Part shown: positions 26,329-39,219 of the stretch, piece after piece
How positions within the stretch are numbered: the stretch's first letter is position 1
How the letters are laid out: each line of letters opens with the position of its first letter
From: Octopus sinensis
Lineage: Eukaryota
Assembly: GCF_006345805.1 (NCBI RefSeq)
Contig: NC_043011.1
Coordinates: forward strand, 16,752,464 to 16,816,463
DNA: 64,000 nucleotides
Reading direction: 5' to 3'
Program-made: the position numbers and the translations under genes
The notes under the pieces: generated by a model
Seen by the model: only the letters and a program-made list of their open reading frames with translations
Told to the model about the DNA's origin: nothing
Database searches by the model: none

Positions 26329-26564
26329 GTATACATTTATGTGTCTGTATTTGTTGCCCGACCATCGCTTGAGAACCAATGCTGGGGTGTTTACATCCTC
26401 ATAACTTAACAGTTCAACAAAAGTGACTGATAGAATAAGTATTAGGCTTACAAAGAATAAGTCCTGGGGTTGATTTGTTCAACTAAAATCCTTTCAAGCG
26501 GTACTCCAGCAGGGCCGCAGTCAAATGACTGAAACAATTAAAGGGACTAAAGGGATTAAAGGGA

Positions 26565-26990
26565 CAGGCACAGGCATTGTTTCCTAACCATGAGGCTCTG
26601 GGTTCAGTCCTACAGCATGGCACTTTGGGCAAGTGACTTCTACTATCGTCTCAGGTTGACCAAGTCCTTGTGAGCAAATTAGGTAGACAGAAACTGAAAG
26701 AAGCCTGTCATGTATTTATATATATATATATATATATATATAGATATATATATATATATATATATATTTGTGTGTATATGTGTCTTTGTGTTTGTCCTTG
26801 TCCCCCACCACCTGTTGACAACCATGCTAGTAAGTCTATATACCTGTTACTTAATGGTTTGGCAAGAGAGACTGATAAAATAAGTGCCAGACCTACATTA
26901 AAAAAGGTACTGGGGTCAATTTATTTGGCTAAAGCTTTATTGAGGTGGTGCCCCAGGATGGCCATGATCAAATGACTGAAATAAATTAAA
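26565..26990 (+). mobile_element. SINE family A (diverged full copy)
   Basis: Head, CORE-like segment, central TA/TG tract and ATGACTGAAA tail are all present. Confidence 0.75.
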
Positions 26991-27619
26991 GATATATATA
27001 TATATCAATGAGTGGCAATAGAACAGGACTCTCATAATAATCACCATTAGCAATGCACACAGATCTCTGTACTTATGTAACAACCTATAACTTCCTCAGA
27101 GCTAATGAAATGAAATGTATGTTAATAATGGAAAGCATTCAAATACAAAGAATCGTTTACATTCAGAACCATATATAAATAAATAATGTTTGTGGGCGAA
27201 AAGCCACGCCCAGAAATATGCAGATTTCCATAAAATTATGCACTCAGATATATTATGCCATCAGACACTCTTGCTTTGTGATTCTGTTTTGATGAACTTC
27301 CTTAATAACAAGCACCATATGGCTATCGCTGTCTCTCTTCTATTATTCATTCCTCAGCCATGCTTTTGCTTCTTTTAAGCTATTTTCACATCACATTCAT
27401 TCACTGTTTTTCATCATCTTCCTCTCGCTCTTCTATTCACCTCCTCTGTCACTTTTATCTGATGGATCACAGACAATGTTCAATGAAATAAACTGCTTTG
27501 TCTTGCAGGAGACAAAGCAATCTTCCTAATGTTGGAATCTCATTAAAATTCACCAGATAAGGTAAAGTGGTTGACAAAGAACTGCGTAAAATTTACTATG
27601 CAAGAGCTTTTTTTTTAAC

Positions 27620-27840
27620 ATTGACTTCAAATTTTGGCACAAGGCCAGCAAGTTTAGGGGGAGGAGGAAGTCGATTACATTAACCCCAGTGCTTAATTGG
27701 TATTTATTTTATTGACCCCAAAAGAGTGAAAGACAAGGTTGACCTCTGCAGAATTTTTGAATTCAGGATGTAAGGTCAGAAGAAATGCCATTAACCATTC
27801 TGTCTGGTGTGATAACAATTCTGCCAGCTCACTGCCTTTG
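27620..27840 (-). mobile_element. SINE family B
   Basis: TTTTGGCACAAGGCCAGCAA...TTGACCCCAAAAGAGTGAAAGACAAGGTTGACC...CTGCCAGCTCACTGCC. Confidence 0.75.
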
Positions 27841-28138
27841 GCCCTTTTTATATTGTCAAGAACAAAGTACACTCTGTAGTCCAGTTGCCACTATAAAATG
27901 TATCCAGGAGAATCTATAAAGTGGTTGATGGAAGAAGCATTGCCAAAATTCATGGAAGCTGGAAGATATTCTTCCACAGTTCCATGGACACAGTAAATCC
28001 AAATAAGAACTGACAGAAGTTATTATGTTGATGATGAGGAGCAGAGGGAAAAGATAATGATGAGGAGGATGCTTATGTTGATGATGGAGATGGAGATAGG
28101 AATGGCAAAACGATGTCCATAAGTGTGCCATTGATGAT

Positions 28139-28465
28139 GATTTAGTTGGTGGTTTTGTTATCTATTCTAGCTTTTGGTGAAGTAGAATAGGTTAGAAAGG
28201 ATCAAGTGGTGAAGACATTTCGTCCTAGCTAAAGGCATCTGGAAAATGTAAAACTGCTGTCATAGAAAAACCATTGTTCCATCGTGGGAAAAGTTCTGTA
28301 GCAGTGTTAATTTAAATTTGGTTATGGTGGATCGAATCCACTTCATGCTTGCAAGATTCACTACATATATATAGTTTCATATATAAATCCACTGATGTTA
28401 ATGTGTTGTCAGTATATTTGGGTATATAATTTCTTGTTAAAATCCAAATATTTACGAGCACATAA
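28139..28465. repeat. Left arm of a ~325-bp inverted duplication (partner 34878-35206)
   Basis: Near-identical reverse complement of 34878-35206. Confidence 0.9.
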
Positions 28466-28677
28466 GTTACAGTCTAATATATCAGCTCATTCATATAAAA
28501 CTTTCTTTGCTGTTTGCCAGAGAAATGTTTGTGATTAGCTGGAGAAACCTTTCCTTAAGTAATAGAATCAGACAGTTGAATGTCCAGCAATGTTGTTGAA
28601 GTAATGCACCTATTTAGTAAAACAATATAATCTGCAGGAAATAGTGATGCAGCAAAAATCCATCTAGAAATATGCAT

Positions 28678-28860
28678 AGGCATAGGAGTGGTTGCGTGGC
28701 AAGTAGCTTGCTTACCAACCACATGGTTCTGGGTTCAGTCCCACTGCATGGCACCTTGGGCAAGTGTCTTCTACTATAGCCTCGGGCCGACCAAAGCCTT
28801 GTGAGTGGATTTGGTAGACAGAAATTTAAAGAAGCCCGTCGTATATATGTATATATATTT

Positions 28861-28920
<60 letters not shown>

Positions 28921-29425
28921 CACAGAAAGTGTGTCTATGGCCAGCTAGAGGAGGTGTCCTCCTGGGGCTACAAACTACAGTAGCATCCACCCTTAGGGGT
29001 TAGCCATATTTAAATGGCAAATATACGTCACTATATATATATGTGTGTGTGTGTGTGTGTATGTTTGTGTCTGTGTTTGTGCCCCAACATCGCTTGACAA
29101 CTGATGCTGGTGTGTTTAAGTCTCCATAACTTAGCGGTTTGGCATAAGAGATTGATAGAATAAGTACTAGGCTTACAAAGAATAAGTTCTGGTGTCGATT
29201 TGCTCGACTAAAGGTGGTGCTCCAGCATGGTCACTGTCAAATGACTGAAACAAGTAAAAGAGTAAAAAGAGAGTAAAGAGTTTGCTGAGCTCAGTTACTG
29301 AAATTTTGACCCTTTCGCATTCAGATTAAATTGTATTATAAATCCTAGGGTCGATTTGTTTGAGTAAAGGCAGTGCTCCAGCATGGCCACAGTCAAATGA
29401 CCGAAACTAGTAAAAGAGTAAAGAG
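28678..29425 (+). mobile_element. SINE family A with a 115-bp insert in its (TA)n and an extra tail fragment
   Basis: Full head and tail; non-SINE sequence at 28917-29032; second tail at 29340-29425. Confidence 0.8.
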
Positions 29426-29489
29426 TAACACTTCTTTGAGTATCGCTTCAATATGATTGGGTTGATGAGGAAATATAGTAAATATCTTT

Positions 29490-29805
29490 TATCTTTTATC
29501 TTTAATCTGTTTCAGTCATTAGACTGCAGTCAAACGAATTGACCCCTCTGCCTACTTTTTAAGCCTGGTACTTATTCTATTAGTCTTTTGCTGAACCCCT
29601 AAGTTATGAGAATGTAAACACGCCAAAACTAGTTGTCAAATGTTGGAGGAGGACAAACACAAAGACACACACACAACAAGCTTCTTCCAGTTTCTCTCAA
29701 CCAAATCCACTCACTAGGACTTGATCAACTCAAGTAGAAGAGACCTGCCCAAGGTGCCATGCAGTGGGATTAAACCTGGAACCAAGTGGATGAGAAACAA
29801 ATTTC
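29490..29805 (-). mobile_element. SINE family A (diverged; head interrupted by a MITE)
   Basis: GTTTCAGTCATTAGACTGC...TGCCCAAGGTGCCATGCAGTGGGATTAAACC. Confidence 0.7.
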
Positions 29806-30222
29806 GCATCTTTTCGGTTTGAACTGTAATTTTTTAAAATAATTTCCACGTAACTAAACACTTTTAAACTTCGTATACTAGTAGAATGTGTTTATAAAAC
29901 ATCTTTTTCTCTTGGCTTTATTTGAGAAATTTCTATAATTTGTAAGATATTTGTTGCTTTTTTCTTCAATTTCTGCAATTTCAACCAATCAATGACACCT
30001 ATTGAGGTAAGAAAACATTCTGTGCCGTATGAATATGTCCCTCGTTTAAGAAACAGATTGGGTTTATTTACATTTGTGAAGAAAATAAGATACCCTTCCC
30101 CCACCCTTAACCCTAACCCCAAGACAGATTGAAATGCAATAGATCGATACAAGGGTCATAATTATGGGTGACAATTTCATATGACGCCGCTAGGAAAACT
30201 GCCGTTCAAACTGAAAAGATCC
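29806..30222. mobile_element. MITE family M (TIR GGATCTTTTCGGTTTGAACGGCAG), copy 1
   Basis: Both TIRs present; internal CCCTAA repeats; imperfect TSD CAAATTTC/CAAATTGT. Confidence 0.85.
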
Positions 30223-30613
30223 CAAATTGTCTGCATCTATACAACAATAGTTAGTATATAACAATATGCATGTTGTTTTAACATGTATATTGGTTTCAAG
30301 ACAGCCTTTAAGTATCATTTTAAAGTTGTTTTTTTGGATAAATACTATACTTAAATAACAGTGATTTAACCGGGTGCATTTTCCATGTTAATGCCTGTTT
30401 AGGTTACAGAATTTCACAATTACATATATTGTAAAGTAACGCTGCTAATTTCCAGGAACAATCTGTAATTTTGTCCTTGTGGAAACTCATAAATTTAAGT
30501 TTAAAATCTACATTTTCTTCTAAGACAAAAGCACTCTTCTCAGTGTTTTAACTAAGATCAAAGCATAGTTAACAAATTGAAAAACTATAATCACTATATA
30601 TATACTTATATAT

Positions 30614-30683
<70 letters not shown>

Positions 30684-31884
30684 GTGTGTGTGTGTGTGTG
30701 TATATATATATAAGTATATATATATGTATATATATATAATAACAATAATAATAATAATAATAATAATAAACACATACAAATATATGTACACACATATATA
30801 TACATACACATATATACACATATACATACATGTACACACACACACAAAGATGTATATATATATACATACATAAATACATGTACACACATACATAAACATA
30901 CACAAGGATATATATATATATATATACATACACACACAAACTTACATACATACGCATAGATAGATATACAAACGTACATACTTATAGTGTATGTCAGTGT
31001 TGTATATTTTCTCAAGTTCAGTCAGTATCTATCTATCTCTCTTTTCTTCTCTTCCCCTCATACTCTCTATTTCTTTCTCTCTATATATATTGTGTGCGTG
31101 TTTGTCGTGTGTTTATATGTATGTGTAAATGCTAACCACCATCGCTATCTGCCAACACCAAAGCCAATACCACCACTGGCATTACTAACTAACCAACCAA
31201 CTCTTTAATGACCAACAACAACTACAACAAGATAAGTAACTCCATCTAAAATAAAAGGCAATGACACGAGATAATGCGATACCCTAGTGTATTTTAAAGG
31301 TTGAATCGAAATCTCTTTGATCTTCGATCAATACAGACTGACTTGAGACTTAACAGCAGCAACAATACAATTAACAAGAAGAACAATGTGAACATCACCA
31401 CCAATACACTCCTCCACAACTACTATCACCACTATCACCACTACCACCACCACTATTTATACCAACACCAAAACCAATACAACTAACGCCACTACCTATT
31501 CACAAACTTTTGATGGCTGAAGACATAATCATTAGGGGTGAAGTTTTCATGAACTTGGTAACCCTTCAACTAACTGTAATCATATACTTCTTCCTTTCAC
31601 TTCCTCAACTTGCCCCTTCACCTTCTCGTATTTTCATTTCCATTCTTATATCCATAGGCATAAGACAATGTCTTTACTCTTCACAAAACCATCATTTCCT
31701 GGCACTACGTTCTTTATTACATATTTGTTGTGGATAATTGAACTGTTGACTGCAACCACAGATGACTGGAAAGAGCCCATTAAGTGGAACTGAAGGGAGA
31801 AGTTTGAAAAATAACCATAAATGGATTACACTCGATAGTAAACATGATGTTTCAAAAAATCAAGTGGGAGGAAAATATCTGACA

Positions 31885-32366
31885 CATTACCAAGATCTGG
31901 TCATCAAATATAAGTAGAGATTTCAAACTTAAAAGCTTCAAAGCCACAGTCGAACCAATTCTACTATATAGCTCAGAAACCTGGACGTTATCAAAGAAGC
32001 TTAAGAGGCGGTTGGATGGAACTTACACTCGCCTCCTTAGGACAGCTCAAAATCTCTCGTGGAAGCGTCATCCAACCAAAGTACAAATATATGGGAAACT
32101 ACCACCTGTATCATCTCTTGTGAAAGGTAGAAGAGTCCAGTTTGCTGGACATTGTTGTAGAGGTGAAAACGAGGTAATTTCTGCTCTTCTCCTCTGGAAG
32201 CCATCTATTCGTGATACCAGAGGACGCACACGCTCCTACCCTGATGTAATCTCCAGGGATCCATGCATCCAACAACAGGACCTCCGTAATGCTATGATGG
32301 GCCGTGAAGTCTGGCCTAGCATAGTAAATTCCATTGTCTCGACCATGGTCGAACAATGATGATGAA
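31885..32366 (+). mobile_element. 3' end of an RTE-clade LINE with (TGA)n tail
   Basis: IWSSNISRDFKLKSFKATVEPILLYSSETWTLSKKLKRRLDGTYTRLLRTAQNLSWK...RRVQFAGHCCR...LLLWKP...AMMGREVW then TGATGATGA. Confidence 0.85.
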
Positions 32367-32544
32367 ACATTAAAGCTTGTAACATCATCAGTGGGAACAA
32401 TACGTGAAACTAGGCACAAAATGAAGTGCTCACATAACTACTTCATTCACTCCTTAGACCTTTTTATTTATTTATTTATTTTTGATAGATTTAATGCGAT
32501 GCATAAAATGGAATGGTTCTTTGGTGTGTGGATCAAGAAATTTG

Positions 32545-32876
32545 GGATCTTTTCGGTTTGAACGGCAATTTTTTCTAGCGGTGTCATATGCAATTGTCAC
32601 CCATAATTATGACCCTAGTATCGATCTATTGCATTTCAATCTGTTTTAGGGTTGGGGTTAAAGTTGGGGTTAGTTAGGGTTAGGGTTAAGGTTAGGGGTG
32701 GGGGGTGGGGGGTGGTGGAAGGGTATCTTATTTTCTTCAGAAATGTAAATAAACCCAATCTGTTTCTTAAACGAGGGACATATTCATACGGCACAGAATA
32801 TTTTCACCTCAATAGACGTCATTGATTGGTTGAAATTGCAGAAATTGAAGAAAAAATAACAAATATCTTACAAACT
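32545..32876. mobile_element. MITE family M, truncated copy 2
   Basis: Left TIR and TTAGGG tract present; the copy breaks off at a SINE head fragment. Confidence 0.8.
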
Positions 32877-32907
32877 TGTGTGGTAAGTAGCTTGCTTACC
32901 AACCACA

Positions 32908-33240
32908 TGACACGCAAAAGTGAACGGTGTTCTGCAAGACCACTACTGTTCCTAATGTCCCTCTCAGACAGCTCTTCAATATCCTCCCGAAGGACCTTAG
33001 AGACCTGCATCGGGTGGATGAAGGTGTCTTCAAAATAAAGCTGGATCTCTTCCTGTCAGGTATCCCAGATGAACTAACTTCGCGGTAGGACGTATAGATG
33101 AGGGCAGCTACATCAAACTCTCTCATGCACTAAATGTCAATTGCTAAAAAGCATTCATGAAGTAAAATTATGTAGCAACACCAAATGGCGGTGCCGCAGC
33201 ATGACCACAGCTCGTGAGCTGAAACTAGATGAAATTAAAA
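32908..33240 (+). mobile_element. 3' end of a CR1/L2-group LINE
   Basis: QLFNILPKDLRDLHRVDEGVFKIKLDLFLSGIPDELTSR, then tail GGCGGTGCCGCAGCATGACCACAGCTCGTGAGCTGAAAC and poly(A). Confidence 0.75.
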
Positions 33241-33249
33241 AAAAAAAGA

Positions 33250-33280
<31 letters not shown>

Positions 33281-33632
33281 CACTATTGGCAATAAAGCAG
33301 CCATATATTGCTATGTTTTTGAATAAAAGGCATCACAATTAGATTGTCAGTTGAGTTCTTTTTTGACTGGGTTGACCGTGGACTAGACAATACCGGCATG
33401 AAGAGAGTGCCAACATTACAAATTATGGATTGAATTAGAACAAAAAATAGGTATTTAATAGAGGGCAAGTGTTTTGGGGAGGTGGGGTTTCTTTACTCTA
33501 TGCCGTAACAAAATGTTTGCTTGAACTGATGACAAAGATTCTACTAAATATCTCTGACATCACTGTCTCTATCGGCGTCATCTTACTAAATATGTACCAA
33601 CACTTGTTTGTTTTTAGCTGATTATCCAACTT

Positions 33633-33685
<53 letters not shown>

Positions 33686-33825
33686 CTTATAGGCTTCTGA
33701 ACGATGCAGATTCAGTTGGTTACTTGTGCAATAGCTGATGACAAGTGTAATATCACTTGTTTGACACTGCTGCCCGATAGAACCAATCTCAAAGGGATAG
33801 AATTAACGTGTAGGTGAATTACGTA

Positions 33826-33911
33826 TGTGTCTTCTACTATAGCTTGGGCCGACCAAAGCCTTGTGAGTGGATTTGGTAGATGGAAACTGAAAGAAGCCCA
33901 TCATATATATG

Positions 33912-33948
<37 letters not shown>

Positions 33949-34030
33949 ATGTGTGTACATGTTTGTGTATCTGTGTTTGTACCCCCAACATCGCTTGACA
34001 ACCGATGCTGCTGTGTTCACGTCCCCGTTA
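33826..34030 (+). mobile_element. SINE family A, internal fragment
   Basis: GTGTCTTCTACTATAGC...CATCGCTTGACAACCGATGCTG. Confidence 0.75.
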
Positions 34031-34414
34031 CAAATACCATAGCGTAATTTTTCTAATGATCTACTGATTTTCCTTCCACACCTTCATACACGCTCACGCA
34101 TATTTTCTATAATATAAATTGGACATGGGCGATCGTTGCATTCTTTCTTGTCTTGAGCTTCGCAGGCAAACGGCTGGGTGGAATCGCGGGGAAAATGGCA
34201 CACATATGGAGGTGGGTGCATAGATTGGAATGCATTTATATTTTTTCTTCCTAGCCCCCGTACTTACCGAGAAAATCTATTAAAACTTTTCTAAAAGAAA
34301 TGTTCATACAGCGGGAGGCTCCAATCGAAACAGGGGACTCGAAATGATAAGGTTGAGAAACGCTGTTATAGATTATGCCTAAGCAAAAACGATCACACCC
34401 ACATCATCCAGACA

Positions 34415-34443
34415 GACCGGGGGAAACCGGGCTTAACTGCTAG
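34415..34443 (+). mobile_element. Helitron-type 3' end (hairpin + CTAG)
   Basis: CCGG-GGGAAA-CCGG, 9 nt, then CTAG followed by T. Confidence 0.5.
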
Positions 34444-34877
34444 TTTATCTATATATGTATAAAGACAGATGGAAGGAAGAATAGGAAAACGAGAGACAGA
34501 GACTTAACTCAGACAATATTTTAGTACATCTGTTGTTATGTATGTTAGCCCATAGGGAACTAGCTATCTGCAAGCTATTTTTAGCTATTGTTTTATACAA
34601 TTACCAACTAACAAATAGTGAACAACTTTCAGTGTTAATAAACAGAACACATCGGTCATAGGTGGATTTTGCTGATTGAGGCAGCTTTGTGTAATCTTTT
34701 GTATTTTCACCTTTCTCTAGTTGTTTGTTAATTAGTCGTTAACATTTAGTTCAGCTTCTACAGAGAACAACTGGTTATCTTGAGTTGCGACTATCTTTAA
34801 ACTGAGCAACGTATTATTTTCTGAGTTATTTTCTACTAATTTAAGAACTGGTACATTTTTCCATTTTGTAACTTCCA

Positions 34878-35206
34878 TTATGTGCTCGCAAACATTTGGA
34901 TTTTAACAAGAAATTATATACCCACATATACTGACAACACATTAACATCAGTGGATTTATATAATATAAAACTATATATATGTAGTGAATCTTGCAAGCA
35001 TGAAGTGGATTCGATCCACCATAGCCAAATTTAAATTAACACTGCTACAGAACTTTTCCCACGATGGAACAATGGTTTTCCTCTGACAGCAGTTTTACAT
35101 TTTCCAGATGCCTTTAGCTAGGACGAAATGTCTTCACCACTTGATCCTTTCTAACCTATTCTACTTCACCAAAAGCTAGAATAGATAACAAGCCCACCAA
35201 CTAAAT
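34878..35206. repeat. Right arm of the inverted duplication (partner 28139-28465)
   Basis: Near-identical reverse complement of 28139-28465. Confidence 0.9.
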
Positions 35207-35299
35207 CTATTGTTTTCAATGGTATATATATCCTTCTAGATAGTTATATAAGCAAGCATACCCCCAAGCAAAACTCAGTTAGTCACTGCGGTGACAACT

Positions 35300-35469
35300 C
35301 AGTGAGAACGATTTTTTGACTGCTGTGTCGCCATTTTTCGGTGTATTTCAACCAGAAAAATGTTCACTTAAAGAGAATATCCAGCTACATAAGGCAAAAC
35401 TTTTACTTTCCAAAAATTCCAGTTCCAAAGGGTCGAAACAAACCGAGCAACGCCGGGCTATACTGCTAG
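35300..35469 (+). mobile_element. Helitron 3' fragment
   Basis: CCGAGCAACGCCGGG hairpin then CTATACTG-CTAG-T. Confidence 0.6.
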
Positions 35470-35534
<65 letters not shown>

Positions 35535-35535
<1 letters not shown>

Positions 35536-35932
35536 CTTTACTCTTTTACTCTTTTACTTGTTTCAACATGTGACTGTGGCCATGCTGGAGCACCGCCTTT
35601 AGTCGAGCAAATCGACCACAGGACTTATTCTTTGTAAGCCTAGAACTTATTTTATCGGTCTCTTTTTTGCCGAACCGCTAAGTTACGGGACGTAAACACA
35701 CCAGCATCGGTTGTCAAGCGATGTTGGGGGGACAAACACAGACACACAAACACGTACATACATATATATATATATATACATATATACGACGAGCTTCTTT
35801 CAGTTTCCGTTTACCAAATCCACTCACAAGGCTTTGGTCGGCTCGAGGCTATAGTAGAAGACACTTACCCAAGGTGCCACGCAGAAAGACCGAACCCGGA
35901 ACCATGTGGTTCGTAAGCAAGCTACTTACCAC
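35535..35932 (-). mobile_element. SINE family A, near full length
   Basis: Reverse complement of the family consensus, including the (TTTTACTC)n tail. Confidence 0.85.
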
Positions 35933-36709
35933 ACGTACGTATGTATGTATGGTTGTATGTATATGTATATGTGTATGATTCTTTTATATATCTACGTTTT
36001 CCCGTCAACCTTTGTGCAAAAATGTTTGCTAAGTCGGTGTGTGCGTAAGGTTGGGGGTGGATACATAGATTAATCGATTAAAACCTAATGTCACTAACAC
36101 ATGACAATTTCGTCCGATATCTGATAATTTAAAGCTTTTAATCTGTATTCTTCAGTGTTCATTAAAATCAAAATCCAGACACTTATAAGATCTGAAATTT
36201 ATTCCAATATTCACTCGGAAACACAATAACAAAGTTATATTACAGTGTATACCGTAACATTTTGAGTTGAGATCAGCTGGCCAGACATAAATAGATGAAT
36301 AGATAAATAGATAGATAAATAAATAAATATTTTCTTGAGTATTTTAATATCAGCCATGAATCGTGCTGTTTTGCTATTTTAAAGGGAGGAATGCAGTCAT
36401 GATTTTTGTTTAATATATCTATTAACATGGAGAATCATGTCAAACGGAATAAAGAATTCTATGAAATACATCGATATACTAAGAGATGTGCTTTTCAGGC
36501 GTCTCCAGTGGAGCAAATACGGTGTTAATACTTCATTGATATATACAGTCTTGTTTAGAAACTTTCCTTAGTCATAAAAAAAAATATATATAGAAAAGAA
36601 AAACCCAGCATGACTAAGAAAATAATGTTCCTAATCAATGACTATATATGTTGGTGTGTGATTGTGCATACATATAATTACATACTATATATGTAATCAC
36701 ATACTATAC

Positions 36710-36769
36710 ATATATACATATGTATACCCCTCGCTTCTCGTGCACACAGATATACATGTGTGTGTATGT

Positions 36770-36805
<36 letters not shown>

Positions 36806-36853
36806 ACATACACACACATGTATATCTGTGTGCACGAGAAGCGAGGGGTATAC

Positions 36854-36870
<17 letters not shown>
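36710..36870. repeat. Perfect palindrome centred on (TA)n
   Basis: TATGTATACCCCTCGCTTCTCGTGCACACAGATATACATGTG...(TA)n...CACATGTATATCTGTGTGCACGAGAAGCGAGGGGTATACATA. Confidence 0.9.
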
Positions 36871-36913
<43 letters not shown>

Positions 36914-36943
36914 CCCCCTATATATTTTTCCCTATTTATACAT

Positions 36944-37350
36944 AGGCGCAGGAGTGGCTGTGTGGTAAGTAGCTTTGCAACTACATGGTTCCGTGTTCAG
37001 TCCCCCTGCGTGACACATTGGTCAAGTGTCTTCTACTATATCCTCGGGCCGACCAAAGCCTTGTGAATAGATTTGGTAGACGGAAACTGAAAGAAGCCCG
37101 TCGTATATATATGTATATATATATGTATGTGTGTTCATATGTTTGTGTGTCTGTGTTTGTACCCCCCCCCCCCCAGCATCGCTTGGCAACAGATGTTGGT
37201 GTATTTACGACCCCGTAACTTAGCGGTTCTGCAAAAGAGACCGATAGAATAAGTACTAGGCTTACAAAGAATAAGTTCTGGGGTCGATTTGCTCGACTAA
37301 AGACGGTGCCCCAGCATGGCTGCAGTCAAATGACTAAAACAAGTAAAGGA
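36944..37350 (+). mobile_element. SINE family A, full length
   Basis: AGGCGCAGGAGTGGCTGTGTGGTAAG head through GCAGTCAAATGACT tail. Confidence 0.85.
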
Positions 37351-37828
37351 GTATCTTCCCACACACATATATATACACACATACATACATACATACATAT
37401 CTTCCCTACACACACAAATACGTGTGTGATGTGTGTGAGTATTTTTATAAAATTCTGTTTTTTGTTGTTTTTTTTTCTCATGCCAACGTCGAGTATGTTA
37501 GATGTATTTTCTGTGTATTAAGATCTCCTTCCGTAAATTCGGACGTTGTACTCTGACAAGCATTAGGGATCCTTTCTCATTGACTAACACTTTTTGAAAT
37601 TTGGAAATTTACAGTTTTCAAATTTGGTATGTTGATGTAATTTTTTTTACGCTGAACCTGATGTTGTTATTCACTTTTTCTAGAAAAGTTTTAGAAATAT
37701 GTTACAGAGGTTAAAGTTTGATTATTTTTAAACCAATCAGAAAACAGGTTTTAGAAGCTGTCATTTTCTGCGTGGTCTGTAGCAACATTACGACGATGAT
37801 GATGAAGACGGAAGATTTCAAAAGTTTT

Positions 37829-38260
37829 GGAGTGGTTGCGTGGTAAGGGGCTTGCTTCCCAACCACATGGTTCCGGGTTCAGTCCCACTGCGTGGCACCT
37901 TGGGCAAGTGTCTCCTACAATAGCCTTGGGCCGACCAAAGCCTTGTAAGTAGATTTGGTGGACGGAAACTGAAAGAAGCCCGTCATATATATATATATAC
38001 ATATATATAGATTAATATTCCCTCAAATAATTATTATATGTATATGTATGTGTGTGCGTATCACTGTGTCTGTGTTTGTACCCCCATCACTGCTTGACAA
38101 CCAGCAATGGCGTGTTCACGTGCCCGTAACTTAGTGGCTAAGCAAAAGAGATCGATGGAATAAGTACTAGGCTTAAAAAGTAAGTAAGTACTGGGGTCAA
38201 TTCATTTAACTAAAACTTCAAGGCGGTGCCCCAGCATGGCCGATAAAAGATAATGATAAA
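37829..38260 (+). mobile_element. SINE family A
   Basis: Head, CORE-like part, central microsatellite and tail. Confidence 0.8.
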
Positions 38261-38589
38261 AGATAAAATGTCATGTGAAATGTTGGAACAGATGTGTAAA
38301 CAATAGAAAAAGAAGAATCCGCCATTTTTTTTTTTTTTTTTTATGAGACATGTAAACAATAAACTCCTCGATGAATTTGTTTTAGCAAAAAATTGCCAAA
38401 CAAAATGAACGTTGAATTACGAAAAAAGCATCGTTTAATTACAAAAGAAAAAATAACTGTAGCTCAATTCATGTAAACAATACATATTTTGTAGCGAAAA
38501 TATCAAACGAAAGTTTGCGATGCCTTCTAGGAGTTTGTCAAGCAAATAACAATTTTCGTATCTACTGCATCACATAAACTCGTAGAGAT

Positions 38590-39190
38590 ACGAGTCAACT
38601 ATGGAACGGTGGGTGTCACAGCATCGTTTGTTAATTAGTTTGACAGAGGCCCGTGTGCTTTCCACTTATTGAGTGTGGTATCATCTTTCGAGTTAGTAAA
38701 CTCAACGCTGTGACTCAGTGTTCTATGGCGAAAATTATAACCATCAAATTCAGAAATGTGGGAGTAGACCCTTCGCAAATGACTGAAAATTGTGTGCCTG
38801 GAAGAATCGACTGACGTATGCATTCCTCCAGTGTATCGCGATTCTGACATGACATTAAGAAAAATATGTTTGGGCTCGCGACACACTCCTCCAAAAACCT
38901 GCTGCTCAGGCGCCTTCCTCGGTTGTATTTACGTCTATCTCAACAATCTTCCAAGGACCTCCAATTTGAACTGGGTTGCGGAGCAGTAGTTAACCCCTAG
39001 TTCCTCAAAACAAAACAGGACTGAAGTCAATTTTTTGACAGTGAGTAAATGAAAAGCAGTACAGTCTTAAGAGGAAGGAAGGGTGCCACCAACCATGTAT
39101 CTTTTCTGACAGACACATACTCTTTGCATCATTTGCGGGAGCACCACTAATAAATGTTCCCGCGAAGTATCTTTTTGTTCATATAATGTT
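38590..39190 (-). pseudogene. Merlin (IS1595/ISXO2-like DDE) transposase relic
   Basis: Minus-strand motifs in order: CKEYVSVRKDTW, NPVQIGGPWKIVEID, RKYNRGRR, QVFGGVCREPKHIFL, TIFSHLRRVY, YNFRHRTLSHSVEFTN, HTQ*VES. Confidence 0.8.
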
Positions 39191-39219
39191 TTGTGTACAT
39201 AGTTTTCTTTCAGGTATAC

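Larger units (their letters stand above)
25010..26540 (+). mobile_element. SINE family A split by a ~1.1-kb insertion in its central (TA)n (head 25010-25170, tail 26335-26540)
   Basis: Head ends AAGCCCGTCA(TA)n; tail resumes GTGTCTGTATTTGTTGCCCGACCATCGCTTG...CAGTCAAATGACTGAAAC. Confidence 0.75.

Noticed and set aside
27856-28131. 91-aa His-rich minus-strand ORF next to the inverted duplication
   Set aside because: Largely CAT/CCT low-complexity sequence with no family resemblance.
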